Assembly (NCBI GenBank): GCA_051362555.1
Contig: CM120641.1
Span: forward strand, 30,324,401 to 30,388,400
DNA from: Lingula anatina
Taxonomy: Eukaryota > Animalia > Brachiopoda
Length of the DNA stretch: 64,000 nt
Reading direction: 5' to 3'
The notes beneath the pieces are model-generated. The model did not search any database. It saw only the letters and a list, made by a program, of their open reading frames with translations, and was not told where the DNA came from. Made by a program: the position numbers and the translations under genes. How positions within the stretch are numbered: the stretch's first letter is position 1; each line of letters begins with the position of its first letter. Positions 50,486 through 64,000 of the stretch are shown one piece after another.

Positions 50486-53400
50486 AATTAGACTCACATT
50501 AAACATCAAATATTATGATTTGAGTTTGTTTGTGTAAGAGGTGACAAATTACCCATAATTGTCCTCTGGAAAAGAATATATACCCATTTAAGACATCTCC
50601 TTACTACCAATACCAGATGCAGATTCCTCCTTACAATCGGTTTCTGGAATAGGGTTTAGCACACCATTTGACAATGTCCTAAAGCTTGCCATATACCATC
50701 TATTGTACACATGGATGAGACATAGCATTGCTCTTGCTGTTGTCTTTTGCTGTCTGTTTTTTCTATAGGAATTAGCCCTGACCAGACAGGAAGAATCAGT
50801 TCACCAAAAAATCCATCACGCTGTATGGAAAAGGTCACCTGGAAAAAGAACAATATGTTTGATAAAAGTGAAAATTAAATTCTAAATATTGACAAATTTC
50901 CCACACTAAAATAGTAGAACAATAATTTTGATAAACTTAACCTAAACAGTTGACTATATCTAATAAAAAGGACATTTTCAGAACATATAAATTTGAGAAA
51001 TACTGAAAATGACACTGAAAAAACAGCCAAATTCCATGGCTTGAAATAGTTAAACGTTAATAATTTTCACAAATCTTGTTCAAGATTTGTGAAATTTGGA
51101 CAGATGATGCATAACAATAATAAAAATCTGTGATAAGCTCATCAGTTGACTGTGTCTCATGAAAAAGATTTTTTTTGGACAATTAATTTGAGAAAACTGA
51201 AAATAACACTGAAACGACTGCCAAATTCCATGGCTTAAAATAGTTAAACGTTAATAATTTTCACAAATCTTGTCTAATATTTGTGAAATTTGGAAAGATG
51301 ATGCATAACAACTATAAAAATCTGTGATAAGCTCATCAGTTGACTGTGTCTCATAAAAAAGATTTTTTTGGACAATAAAATTGAGAAAACAGAAAATGAC
51401 ATAGAAAAAACTGCCAAATTCCATGGCTTGAAATAGTTAAACGTTAATAATTTTCACAAATCTTGTTCAAGATTTGTGAAATATGGACAGATGATGCATA
51501 ACAACAATTAAAATCTGTGATAAGCTCATCAATTGACTGTGTGTCATGAAAAAGAATTTTTCAGAGCATATAAATGTGAAAAAACTGAAAATGACATTAC
51601 AAAGACTGCAAAATTCCATGGCTTTAAATAGTTAAACGTTAATAATTTTCAGAAATCTTGTCGAATATCTTGTTGAAATTTGGATAGATGATGCATAACA
51701 ACAATAAAAATCTGTGATAAGCTCATCAGTTGACAGTGTGTGATAGAATTGTAGTTGATTGACATTTTGTATGCGAAGAGTGAGAATTATCTACAATATT
51801 TTTTTTTTTAATTTCACAACATCTAATTAGACTCACATTAAACATCAAATATTATGATTTGAGTTTGTTTGTGTAATGGTGACAAATTAAACATAATTGT
51901 CCTCTGGAAAAGAATATATACCCATTTAAGACATCTCCTTACTACCAATACCAGATGCAGATTCCTCCTTACAATCGGTTTCTGGAATAGGGTTTAGCAC
52001 ACCATTTGACAATGTCCTAAAGCTTGCCATATACCATCTATTGTACACATGGATGAGACATAGCATTGCTCTTGCTGTTGTCTTTTGCTGTCTGTTTTTT
52101 CTATAGGAATTAGCCCTGACCAGACAGGAAGAATCAGTTCACCAAAAAATCCATCACGCTGTATGGAAAAGGTCACCTGGAAAAAGAACAATATGTTTGA
52201 TAAAAGTGAAAATTAAATTCTAAATATTGACAAATTTCCCACACTAAAATAGTAGAACAATAATTTTGATAAACTTAACCTAAACAGTTGACTATATCTA
52301 ATAAAAAGGACATTTTCAGAACATATAAATTTGAGAAATACTGAAAATGACATTGAAAAAACAGCCAAATTCCATGGCTTGAAATAGTTAAACGTTAATA
52401 ATTTTTACAAATCTTGTTCAAGATTTGTGAAATTTGGACAGATGATGCATAACAATAATAAAAATCTGTGATAAGCTCATCAGTTGACTGTGTCTCATGA
52501 AAAAGATTTTTTTTGGACAATTAATTTGAGAAAACTGAAAATAACACTGAAACGACTGCCAAATTCCATGGCTTAAAATAGTTAAACGTTAATAATTTTC
52601 ACAAATCTTGTCTAATATTTGTGAAATTTGGAAAGATGATGCATAACAACAATAAAAATCTGTGATAAGCTCATCAGTTGACTGTGTGTCATAAAAAAGA
52701 TTTTTTTTGGACAATAAAATTGAGAAAACAGAAAATGACATTGAAAAAACTGCCAAATTCCATGGCTTGAAATAGTTAAACGTTAATAATTTTCACAAAT
52801 CTTGTTCAAGATTTGTGAAATATGGACAGATGATGCATAACAACAATAAAAATCTGTGATAAGCTCATCAATTGACTGTGTGTCATGAAAAAGAATTTTT
52901 CAGAGCATATAAATGTGAAAAAACTGAAAATGACATTACAAAGACTGCAAAATTCCATGGCTTTAAATAGTTAAACGTTAATAATTTTCAGAAATCTTGT
53001 CGAATATCTTGTTGAAATTTGGATAGATGATGCATAACAAAAATAAAAATCTGTGATAAGCTCATCAGTTGACAGTGTGTGATAGAATTGTAGTTGATTG
53101 ACATTTTGTATGCGAAGAGTGAGAATTATCTACAATATTTTTTTTTTTAATTTCACAACATCTAATTAGACTCACATTAAACATCAAATATTATGATTTG
53201 AGTTTGTTTGTGTAATGGTGACAAATTAAACATAATTGTCCTCTGGAAAAGAATATATACCCATTTAAGACATCTCCTTACTACCAATACCAGATGCAGA
53301 TTCCTCCTTACAATCGGTTTCTGGAATAGGGTTTAGCACACCATTTGACAATGTCCTAAAGCTTGCCATATACCATCTATTGTACACATGGATGAGACAT

Positions 53401-56400
53401 AGCATTGCTCTTGCTGTTGTCTTTTGCTGTCTGTTTTTTCTATAGGAATTAGCCCTGACCAGACAGGAAGAATCAGTTCACCAAAAAAGCCATCATGCTG
53501 TATGGAAAAGGTCACCTGGAAAAAGAACAATATGTTTGATAAAAGTGAAAATTAAATTCTAAATATTGACAAATTTCCCACACTAAAATAGTAGAACAAT
53601 AATTTTGATAAACTTAACCTAAACAGTTGACTATGTCTAATAAAAAGGACATTTTCAGAACATATAAATTTGAGAAATTCTGAAAATGACATTGAAAAAA
53701 CTGCCAAATTCCATGGCTTGAAATAGTTAAACGTTAATAATTTTCACAAATCTTGTCTAATATTTGTGAAATTTAGATAGATGATGCATAACAACAATAC
53801 AAATCTGTGATAAGCTCATCAGTTGACTGTGTCTCATTTAAAAGATTTTTTTGGACAATAAATTTGAGAAAATTGAAAATGACACTGAGAAGACTGCAAA
53901 ATGCGGTGCCTTAAAATAGTTAAACGTTAATAATATTCACAAAACTTGTTCAATATTTGTGAAATTTGGAGAGATGATGCTTAACAATAATAAAAATCTG
54001 TGATAAGCTCATCAGTTGACTGCATCTCATGAAAAACATTTTTCAGGGCATATAAATGTGAGAAAACTGAAAATGACATTGAAAAGAGTGCCAAATTCCA
54101 TGGCTTAAAATAGTTTAACATTAATAATTTTCACAAATCTTGTCTAATATTTGTGAAATTTGGATAGATGATGCATAACAACAATAAAAATCTGTGATAA
54201 GCTCATCAGTTGACTGTGTCTCATTAAAAAGATTTTTTTTTTGGACAATAAAATTGAGAAAATTGAAAATGAAACTGAAAAGACTGCTAAATGCGGTGCC
54301 TTAAAATAGTTTAATGTTAATAATTTTCACAAAACTTGTTCAATATTTGTGAAATTTGGAGAGATGATGCTTAGCAATAACAAAAATCTGTGATAAGCTT
54401 AACAGTTGACAGTGTGTGATAGAATTGTAGTTGTTTGACATTTTGTATGCGAAGAGTGAGAATTATCTACAATATTTTTTTTTCAATTTCACAACATCTA
54501 ATTAGACTCACATTAAACATCAAATATTATGATTTGAGTTTGTTTGTGTAAGAGGTGACAAATTACCCATAATTGTCCTCTGGAAAAGAATATATACCCA
54601 TTTAAGACATCTCCTTACTACCAATACCAGATGCAGATTCCTCCTTACAATCGGTTTCTGGAATAGGGTTTAGCACACCATTTGACAATGTCCTAAAGCT
54701 TGCCATATACCATCTATTGTACACATGGATGAGACATAGCATTGCTCTTGCTGTTGTCTTTTGCTGTCTGTTTTTTCTATAGGAATTAGCCCTGACCAGA
54801 CAGGAAGAATCAGTTCACCAAAAAAGCCATCATGCTGTATGGAAAAGGTCACCTGGAAAAAGAACAATATGTTTGATAAAAGTGAAAATTAAATTCTAAA
54901 TATTGACAAATTTCCCACACTAAAATAGTAGAACAATAATTTTGATAAACTTAACCTAAACAGTTGACTATGTCTAATAAAAAGGACATTTTCAGAACAT
55001 ATAAATTTGAGAAATTCTGAAAATGACATTGAAAAAACTGCCAAATTCCATGGCTTGAAATAGTTAAACGTTAATAATTTTCACAAATCTTGTCTAATAT
55101 TTGTGAAATTTAGATAGATGATGCATAACAACAATACAAATCTGTGATAAGCTCATCAGTTGACTGTGTCTCATTTAAAAGATTTTTTTGGACAATAAAT
55201 TTGAGAAAATTGAAAATGACACTGAGAAGACTGCAAAATGCGGTGCCTTAAAATAGTTAAACGTTAATAATTTTCACAAAACTTGTTCAATATTTGTGAA
55301 ATATAGACAGATGATGCATAACAATAATAAAAATCTGTGATAAGCTCATCAATTGAATGTATCTCATGAAAAACATTTTTCAGATCATTTAAATGTGAGA
55401 AAACTGAAAATGACATTGAAAAGACTGCCAAATTCCATGGCTTAAAATAGTTAAACATTAATAATTTTCACAAATCTTGTTTAATATTTGTGAAATTTGG
55501 TGAGATGATGCTTAACAATAATAAAAATCTGTGATAAGCTCATCAGTTGACTGTGTCTCATTAAAAAGATTTTTTTGGACAATAAATTTGAGAAAATTGA
55601 AAATGACACTGAGAAGACTGCAAAATGCGGTGCCTTAAAATAGTTAAACGTTAATAATATTCACAAAACTTGTTCAATATTTGTGAAATTTGGAGAGATG
55701 ATGCTTAACAATAATAAAAATCTGTGATAAGCTCATCAATTGACTGCATCTCATGAAAAACATTTTTCAGGGCATATAAAAGTGAGAAAACTGAAAATGA
55801 CACTGAAAAGACTGCCAAATTCCATGGCTTAAAATAGTTAAACGTTAATAATTTTCACAAATCTTGTCTAATGTTTGTGAAATTTGGATAGATGATGCAT
55901 ATCAACAATAAAAATCTTTGATAAGCTCATCAGTTGCCTGTGTCTCATAAAAAAGATTTTTTTGGACAATAAATTTGAGAAAATTGAAAATGACACTGAG
56001 AAGACTGCAAAATGCGGTGCCTTAAAATAGTTAAACGTTAATAATATTCACAAAACTTGTTCAATATTTGTGAAATTTGGATAGATGAAGCATAACAATA
56101 ATAAAAATCTGTGATAAGCTCATCAATTGAATGTGTCTCATGAAAAACATTTTTCAGAGCATATAAATGTGAGAAAACTGAAAATGACATTGAAAGGACT
56201 GCCAAATTCCATGGCTTAAAATAGTTAAACGTTAATAATTTTCACAAATCTTGTCTAATGTTTGTGAAATTTGGATAGATGATGCATATCAACAATAAAA
56301 ATCTGTGATAAGCTCATTAGTTGCCTGTGTCTCATAAAAAAGATTTTTTTGGACAATAAAATTGAGAAAAACGGAAAATGACATTGAAAAGACTGCCAAA

Positions 56401-59400
56401 TTCCATGGCTTAAAATAGTTTAACGTTAATAATTTTCACAAATCTTGTTCAAGATTTGTGAAATTTGGATAGATGATGCATAGCAATAATAAAAATCTGT
56501 GATAAGCTCATCAGTTGACTGTGTTTCATGAAAAACATTTTTCAGAGCATATAAATGTGAGAAAACTGAAAATGACATTGAAAAGAGTGCCAAATTCCAT
56601 GGCTTAAAATAGTTTAACGTTAATAATTTTCACAAATCTTGTCTAATATTTGTGAAATTTGGATAGATGATGCATAACAACAATAAAAATCTGTGATAAG
56701 CTCATCAGTTGACTGTGTCTCATTAAAAAGATTTTTTTTTTTGGACAATAAAATTGAGAAAATTGAAAATGAAACTGAAAAGACTGCAAAATGCGGTGCC
56801 TTAAAATAGTTTAATGTTAATAATTTTCACAAAACTTGTTCAATATTTGTGAAATTTGGAGAGATGATGCTTAGCAATAACAAAAATCTGTGATAAGCTT
56901 AACAGTTGACAGTGTGTGATAGAATTGTAGTTGTGTGACATTTTGTATGCGAAGAGTGAGAATTATCTACAATATTTTTTTTTCAATTTCACAACATCTA
57001 ATTAGACTCACATTAAACATCAAATATTATGATTTGAGTTTGTTTGTGTAAGAGGTGACAAATTACCCATAACTGTCCTCTGGAAAAGAATATATACCCA
57101 TTTAAGACATCTCCTTACTACCAATACCAGATGCAGATTCCTCCTTACAATCGGTTTCTGGAATAGGGTTTAGCACACCATTTGACAATGTCCTAAAGCT
57201 TGCCATATACCATCTATTGTACACATGGATGAGACATAGCATTGCTCTTGCTGTTGTCTTTTGCTGTCTGTTTTTTCTATAGGAATTAGCCCTGACCAGA
57301 CAGGAAGAATCAGTTCACCAAAAAATCCATCACGCTGTATGGAAAAGGTCACCTGGAAAAAGAACAATATGTTTGATAAAAGTGAAAATTAAATTCTAAA
57401 TATTGACAAATTTCCCACACTAAAATAGTAGAACAATAATTTTGATAAACTTAACCTAAACAGTTGACTATATCTAATAAAAAGGACATTTTCAGAACAT
57501 ATAAATTTGAGAAATACTGAAAATGACATTGAAAAAACAGCCAAATTCCATGGCTTGAAATAGTTAAACGTTAATAATTTTTACAAATCTTGTTCAAGAT
57601 TTGTGAAATTTGGACAGATGATGCATAACAATAATAAAAATCTGTGATAAGCTCATCAGTTGACTGTGTCTCATGAAAAAGATTTTTTTTGGACAATTAA
57701 TTTGAGAAAACTGAAAATAACACTGAAACGACTGCCAAATTCCATGGCTTAAAATAGTTAAACGTTAATAATTTTCACAAATCTTGTCTAATATTTGTGA
57801 AATTTGGAAAGATGATGCATAACAACAATAAAAATCTGTGATAAGCTCATCAGTTGACTGTGTCTCATAAAAAAGATTTTTTTTGGACAATAAAATTGAG
57901 AAAACAGAAAATGACATTGAAAAAACTGCCAAATTCCATGGCTTGAAATAGTTAAACGTTAATAATTTTCACAAATCTTGTTCAAGATTTGTGAAATATG
58001 GACAGATGATGCATAACAACAATAAAAATCTGTGATAAGCTCATCAATTGACTGTGTGTCATGAAAAAGAATTTTTCAGAGCATATAAATGTGAAAAAAC
58101 TGAAAATGACATTACAAAGACTGCAAAATTCCATGGCTTTAAATAGTTAAACGTTAATAATTTTCAGAAATCTTGTCGAATATCTTGTTGAAATTTGGAT
58201 AGATGATGCATAACAACAATAAAAATCTGTGATAAGCTCATCAGTTGACAGTGTGTGATAGAATTGTAGTTGATTGACATTTTGTATGCGAAGAGTGAGA
58301 ATTATCTACAATATTTTTTTTTTTAATTTCACAACATCTAATTAGACTCACATTAAACATCAAATATTATGATTTGAGTTTGTTTGTGTAATGGTGACAA
58401 ATTAAACATAATTGTCCTCTGGAAAAGAATATATACCCATTTAAGACATCTCCTTACTACCAATACCAGATGCAGATTCCTCCTTACAATCGGTTTCTGG
58501 AATAGGGTTTAGCACACCATTTGACAATGTCCTAAAGCTTGCCATATACCATCTATTGTACACATGGATGAGACATAGCATTGCTCTTGCTGTTGTCTTT
58601 TGCTGTCTGTTTTTTCTATAGGAATTAGCCCTGACCAGACAGGAAGAATCAGTTCACCAAAAAAGCCATCATGCTGTATGGAAAAGGTCACCTGGAAAAA
58701 GAACAATATGTTTGATAAAAGTGAAAATTAAATTCTACATATTGACAAATTTCCCACACTAAAATAGTAGAACAATAATTTTGATAAACTTAACCTAAAC
58801 AGTTGACTATGTCTAATAAAAAGGACATTTTCAGAACATATAAATTTGAGAAATTCTGAAAATGACATTGAAAAAACTGCCAAATTCCATGGCTTGAAAT
58901 AGTTAAACGTTAATAATTTTCACAAATCTTGTCTTATATTTGTGAAATTTAGATAGATGATGCATAACAACAATACAAATCTGTGATAAGTTCATCAGTT
59001 GACTGTGTCTCATTTAAAAGATTTTTTTGGACAATAAATTTGAGAAAATTGAAAATGACACTGAGAAGACTGCAAAATGCGGTGCCTTAAAATAGTTAAA
59101 CGTTAATAATTTTCACAAAACTTGTTCAATATTTGTGAAATATAGACAGATGATGCATAACAATAATAAAAATCTGTGATAAGCTCATCAATTGAATGTG
59201 TCTCATGAAAAACATTTTTCAGATCATATAAATGTGAGAAAACTGAAAATGACATTGAAAAGACTGCCAAATTCCATGGCTTAAAATAGTTAAACATTAA
59301 TAATTTTCACAAATCTTGTTTAATATTTGTGAAATTTGGAGAGATGATGCTTAACAATAATAAAAATCTGTGATAAGCTCATCAGTTGACTGTGTCTCAT

Positions 59401-62400
59401 TAAAAAGATTTTTTTGGACAATAAATTTGAGAAAATTGAAAATGACACTGAGAAGACTGCAAAATGCGGTGCCTTAAAATAGTTAAACGTTAATAATATT
59501 CACAAAACTTGTTCAATATTTGTGAAATTTGGAGAGATGATGCTTAACAATAATAAAAATCTGTGATAAGCTCATCAATGGACTGCATCTCATGAAAAAC
59601 ATTTTTCAGGGCATATAAAAGTGAGAAAACTGAAAATGACACTGAAAAGACTGCCAAATTCCATGGCTTAAAATAGTTAAACGTTAATAATTTTCACAAA
59701 TCTTGTCTAATGTTTGTGAAATTTGGATAGATGATGCATATCAACAATAAAAATCTTTGATAAGCTCATCAGTTGCCTGTGTCTCATAAAAAAGATTTTT
59801 TTGGACAATAAAATTGAGAAAAACGGAAAATGACATTGAAAAGACTGCAAAATGCAGTGCCTTAAAATAGTTAAACGTTAATAATTTTCACAAATCTTGT
59901 TCAAGATTTGTGAAATTTGGATAGATGATGCATAACAATAATAAAAATCTGTGATAAGCTCATCAGTTGACTGTGTTTCATGAAAAACATTTTTCAGAGC
60001 ATATAAATGTGAGAAAACTGAAAATGACATTGAAAAGACTGCCAAATTCCATGGCTTAAAATAGTTAAACGTTAATAATTTTCACAAATCTTGTCTAATA
60101 TTTGTGAAATTTAGATAGATGATGCATAACAACAATACAAATCTGTGATAAGCTCATCAGTTGACTGTGTCTCATTAAAAAGATTTTTTTGGACAATAAA
60201 TTTGAGAAAATTGAAAATGACACTGAGAAGACTGCAAAATGCGGTGCCTTAAAATAGTTAAATATTAATAATTTTCACAAAACTTGTTCAATATTTGTGA
60301 AATTTGGAGAGATGATGCTTAGCAATAAAAAAAATCTGTGATAAGCTTAACAGTTGACAGTGTGTGATAGAATTGTAGTTGTTTGAAATTTTGTATGGGA
60401 AGAGTGAGAATTATCTACAATATTTTTTTTTCAATTTCACAACATCTAATTAGACTCACATTAAACATCAAATATTATGATTTGAGTTTGTTTGTGTAAG
60501 AGGTGACAAATTACCCATAATTGTCCTCTGGAAAAGAATATATACCCATTTAAGACATCTCCTTACTACCAATACCAGATGCAGATTCCTCCTTACAATC
60601 GGTTTCTGGAATAGGGTTTAGCACACCATTTGACAATGTCCTAAAGCTTGCCATATACCATCTATTGTACACATGGATGAGACATAGCATTGCTCTTGCT
60701 GTTGTCTTTTGCTGTCTGTTTTTTCTATAGGAATTAGCCCTGACCAGACAGGAAGAATCAGTTCACCAAAAAAGCCATCACGCTGTATGGAAAAGGTCAC
60801 CTAGAAAAAGAACAATATGTTTGATAAAAGTGAAAATTGAATTCTAAAAATTGACAAATTTCCCACATTAAAAAAGTTGAACAATAATTTTGATAAACTT
60901 AACCTAAACAGTTGACTATGTCTAATAAAAAGGACATTTTCAAAACATATAAATTTGAGAAATACTGAAAATGACATTGAAAAGACTGCCAAATTCCATG
61001 GCTTGAAATAGTTAAACGTTAATAATTTTCACAAATCTTGTCCAATATTTGTGAAATTTGGACAGATGATGCATAACAATAATAAAAATCTGTGATAAGC
61101 TCATCAGTTGACTGCATCTCATGAAAAACATTTTTCAGAGCATATAAATGTGAGAAAACTGAAAATGACATTGAAAAGACTGCCAAATTCCATGGCTTAA
61201 AATAGTTGAACGTTAATAATTTTCACAAATCTTGTCTAATATTTGTGAAATTTGGAGAGATGATGCATAACAATAACAAAAATCTGTGATAAGCTTAACA
61301 GTTGACAGTGTGTGATAGAATTGTAGTAGATTGACATTTTGTATGCGAAGAGTGAGAATTATCTACAATATTTTTTTTTTTCAATTTCACAACATCTTAT
61401 TAGACTCACATTAAACATCAAATATTATGATTTGAGTTTGTTTGTGTAATAGGTGACAAATTACCCATAATTGTCCTCTGGAAAAGAATATATACCCATT
61501 TAAGACATCTCCTTACTACCAATACCAGATGCAGATTCCTCCTTACAATCGGTTTCTGGAATAGGGTTTAGCACACCATTTGACAATGTCCTAAAGCTTG
61601 CCATATACCATCTATTGTACACATGGATGAGACATAGCATTGCTCTTGCTGTTGTCTTTTTCTGTCTGTTTTTTCTATAGGAATTAGCCCTGACCAGACA
61701 GGAAGAATCAGTTCACCAAAAAATCCATCACGCTGTATGGAAAAAAAGGTCACCTAGAAAAAGAACAATGTGTTTGATAAAAGTGAAAATTGAATTCTAA
61801 AGATTGACAAATTTCCCCCATTAAAAAAGTTGAACAATAATTGTGATAAGCTTAACCTAAACAGTTGACTATGTCTAATAAAAAGGACATTTTCAGAACA
61901 TATAAATTTGAGAAATACTGAAAATGACATTGAAAAGACTGCCAAATTCCATGGCTTGAAATAGTTAAACGTTAATAATTTTCACAAATCTTGTCTAATA
62001 TTTGTGAAATTTAGATAGATGATGCATAACAACAATACAAATCTGTGATAAGCTCATCAGTTGACTGTGTCTCATTTAAAAGATTTTTTTGGACAATAAA
62101 TTTGAGAAAATTGAAAATGACACTGAGAAGACTGCAAAATGCGGTGCCTTAAAATAGTTAAACGTTAATAATTTTCACAAAACTTGTTCAATATTTGTGA
62201 AATATAGACAAATGATGCATAACAATAATAAAAATCTGTGATAAGCTCATCAATTGAATGTGTCTCATGAAAAACATTTTTCAGATCATATAAATGTGAG
62301 AAAACTGAAAATGACATTGAAAAGACTGCCAAATTCCATGGCTTAAAATAGTTAAACATTAATAATTTTCACAAATCTTGTTTAATATTTGTGAAATTTG

Positions 62401-64000
62401 GAGAGATGATGCTTAACAATAATAAAAATCTGTGATAAGCTCATCAGTTGACTGTGTCTCATTAAAAAGATTTTTTTGGACAATAAATTTGAGAAAATTG
62501 AAAATGACACTGAGAAGACTGCAAAATGCGGTGCCTTAAAATAGTTAAACGTTAATAATATTCACAAAACTTGTTCAATATTTGTGAAATTTGGAGAGAT
62601 GATGCTTAACAATAATAAAAATCTGTGATAAGCTCATCAATTGACTGCATCTCATGAAAAACATTTTTCAGGGCATATAAAAGTGAGAAAACTGAAAATG
62701 ACACTGAAAAGACTGCCAAATTCCATGGCTTAAAATAGTTAAACGTTAATAATTTTCACAAATCTTGTCTAATGTTTGTGAAATTTGGATAGATGATGCA
62801 TATCAACAATAAAAATCTTTGATAAGCTCATCAGTTGCCTGTGTCTCATAAAAAAGATTTTTTTGGACAATAAAATTGAGAAAAACGGAAAATGACATTG
62901 AAAAGACTGCAAAATGCAGTGCCTTAAAATAGTTAAACGTTAATAATTTTCACAAATCTTGTTCAAGATTTGTGAAATTTGGATAGATGATGCATAACAA
63001 TAATAAAAATCTGTGATAAGCTCATCAGTTGACTGTGTTTCATGAAAAACATTTTTCAGAGCATATAAATGTGAGAAAACTGAAAATGACATTGAAAAGA
63101 CTGCCAAATTCCATGGCTTAAAATAGTTTAACGTTAATAATTTTCACAAATCTTGTCTAATATTTGTGAAATTTGGATAGATGATGCATAACAACAATAA
63201 AAATCTGTGATAAGCTCATCAGTTGACTGTGTCTCATTAAAAAGATTTTTTTTTGGACAATAAAATTGAGAAAATTAAAAATGAAACTGAAAAGACTGCA
63301 AAATGCGGTGCCTTAAAATAGTTAAATATTAATAATTTTCACAAAACTTGTTCAATATTTGTGAAATTTGGAGAGATGATGCTTAGCAATAAAAAAAATC
63401 TGTGATAAGCTTAACAGTTGACAGTGTGTGATAGAATTGTAGTTGTTTGAAATTTTGTATGGGAAGAGTGAGAATTATCTACAATATTTTTTTTTTCAAT
63501 TTCACAACATCTAATTAGACTCACATTAAACATCAAATATTATGATTTGAGTTTGTTTGTGTAAGAGGTGACAAATTACCCATAATTGTCCTCTGGAAAA
63601 GAATATATACCCATTTAAGACATCTCCTTACTACCAATAGCAGATGCAGATTCCTCCTTACAATCGGTCTCTGGAATAGGGTTTAGCACACCATTTGACA
63701 ATGTCCTAAAGCTTGCCATATACCATCTATTGTACACATGGATGAGACATAGCATTGCTCTTGCTGTTGTCTTTTGCTGTCTGTTTTTTCTATAGGAATT
63801 AGCCCTGACCAGACAGGAAGAATCAGTTCACCAAAAAATCCATCACGCTGTATGGAAAAGGTCACCTAGAAAAAGAACAATATGTTTGATAAAAGTGAAA
63901 ATTGAATTCTAAAAATTGACAAATTTCCCACATTAAAAAAGTTGAACAATAATTTTGATAAACTTAACCTAAACAGTTGACTATGTCTAATAAAAAGGAC

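Larger units (their letters stand above)
42290..64000. repeat. ~193-bp AT-rich satellite array (A/B monomer variants) with interspersed ~565-bp cassettes; runs off the window
   Basis: ctgtgataagctcatcagttgactg recurs at 44548, 44741, 44938, 45131... Monomer variants are catttttcagagcatataaatgtg/ccaaattccatggc and gattttttggacaataaa/caaaatgcggtgcc. Diverged until ~43.5 kb, homogeneous afterwards. Confidence 0.97.

Noticed and set aside
55264-62359. Repeated 64-aa ORFs (MFNYFKPWNL...)
   Set aside because: They are chance open frames in particular satellite monomer variants; used only as duplication markers.
43804-64000. Cassette/satellite alternation as a CRISPR-like repeat-spacer system
   Set aside because: The intervening DNA is homologous satellite, not unique acquired sequence.

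Overview
AT-rich animal genomic DNA, probably from an invertebrate, with no prokaryotic features. The only convincing protein-coding sequence is the first two exons (8676-9087, 9394-9609, +) of a gene encoding a secreted or membrane protein: signal peptide, a beta-helix-like segment and an SRCR domain, resembling the N-terminus of bark beetle/Anakonda-like proteins. I found no canonical third exon downstream. The rest is repeat-derived: a palindromic Tc1 element made of two transposase 3' halves, another Tc1 transposase relic, many MITEs, Helentron-associated (HINE/DINE-1-like) elements, two paralogous 46-bp minisatellite arrays, a G-rich 32-bp minisatellite and a tRNA-derived SINE head. From about 42 kb to the window end lies a satellite array of ~193-bp monomers. 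It is punctuated ten times by a conserved ~565-bp exon-like cassette, always separated by an even number of monomers. One cassette is split by an intact 3.7-kb HINE that carries its own 146-bp array, a nested MITE and a duplicated 5' end. All family assignments are by eye; no database searches were run.
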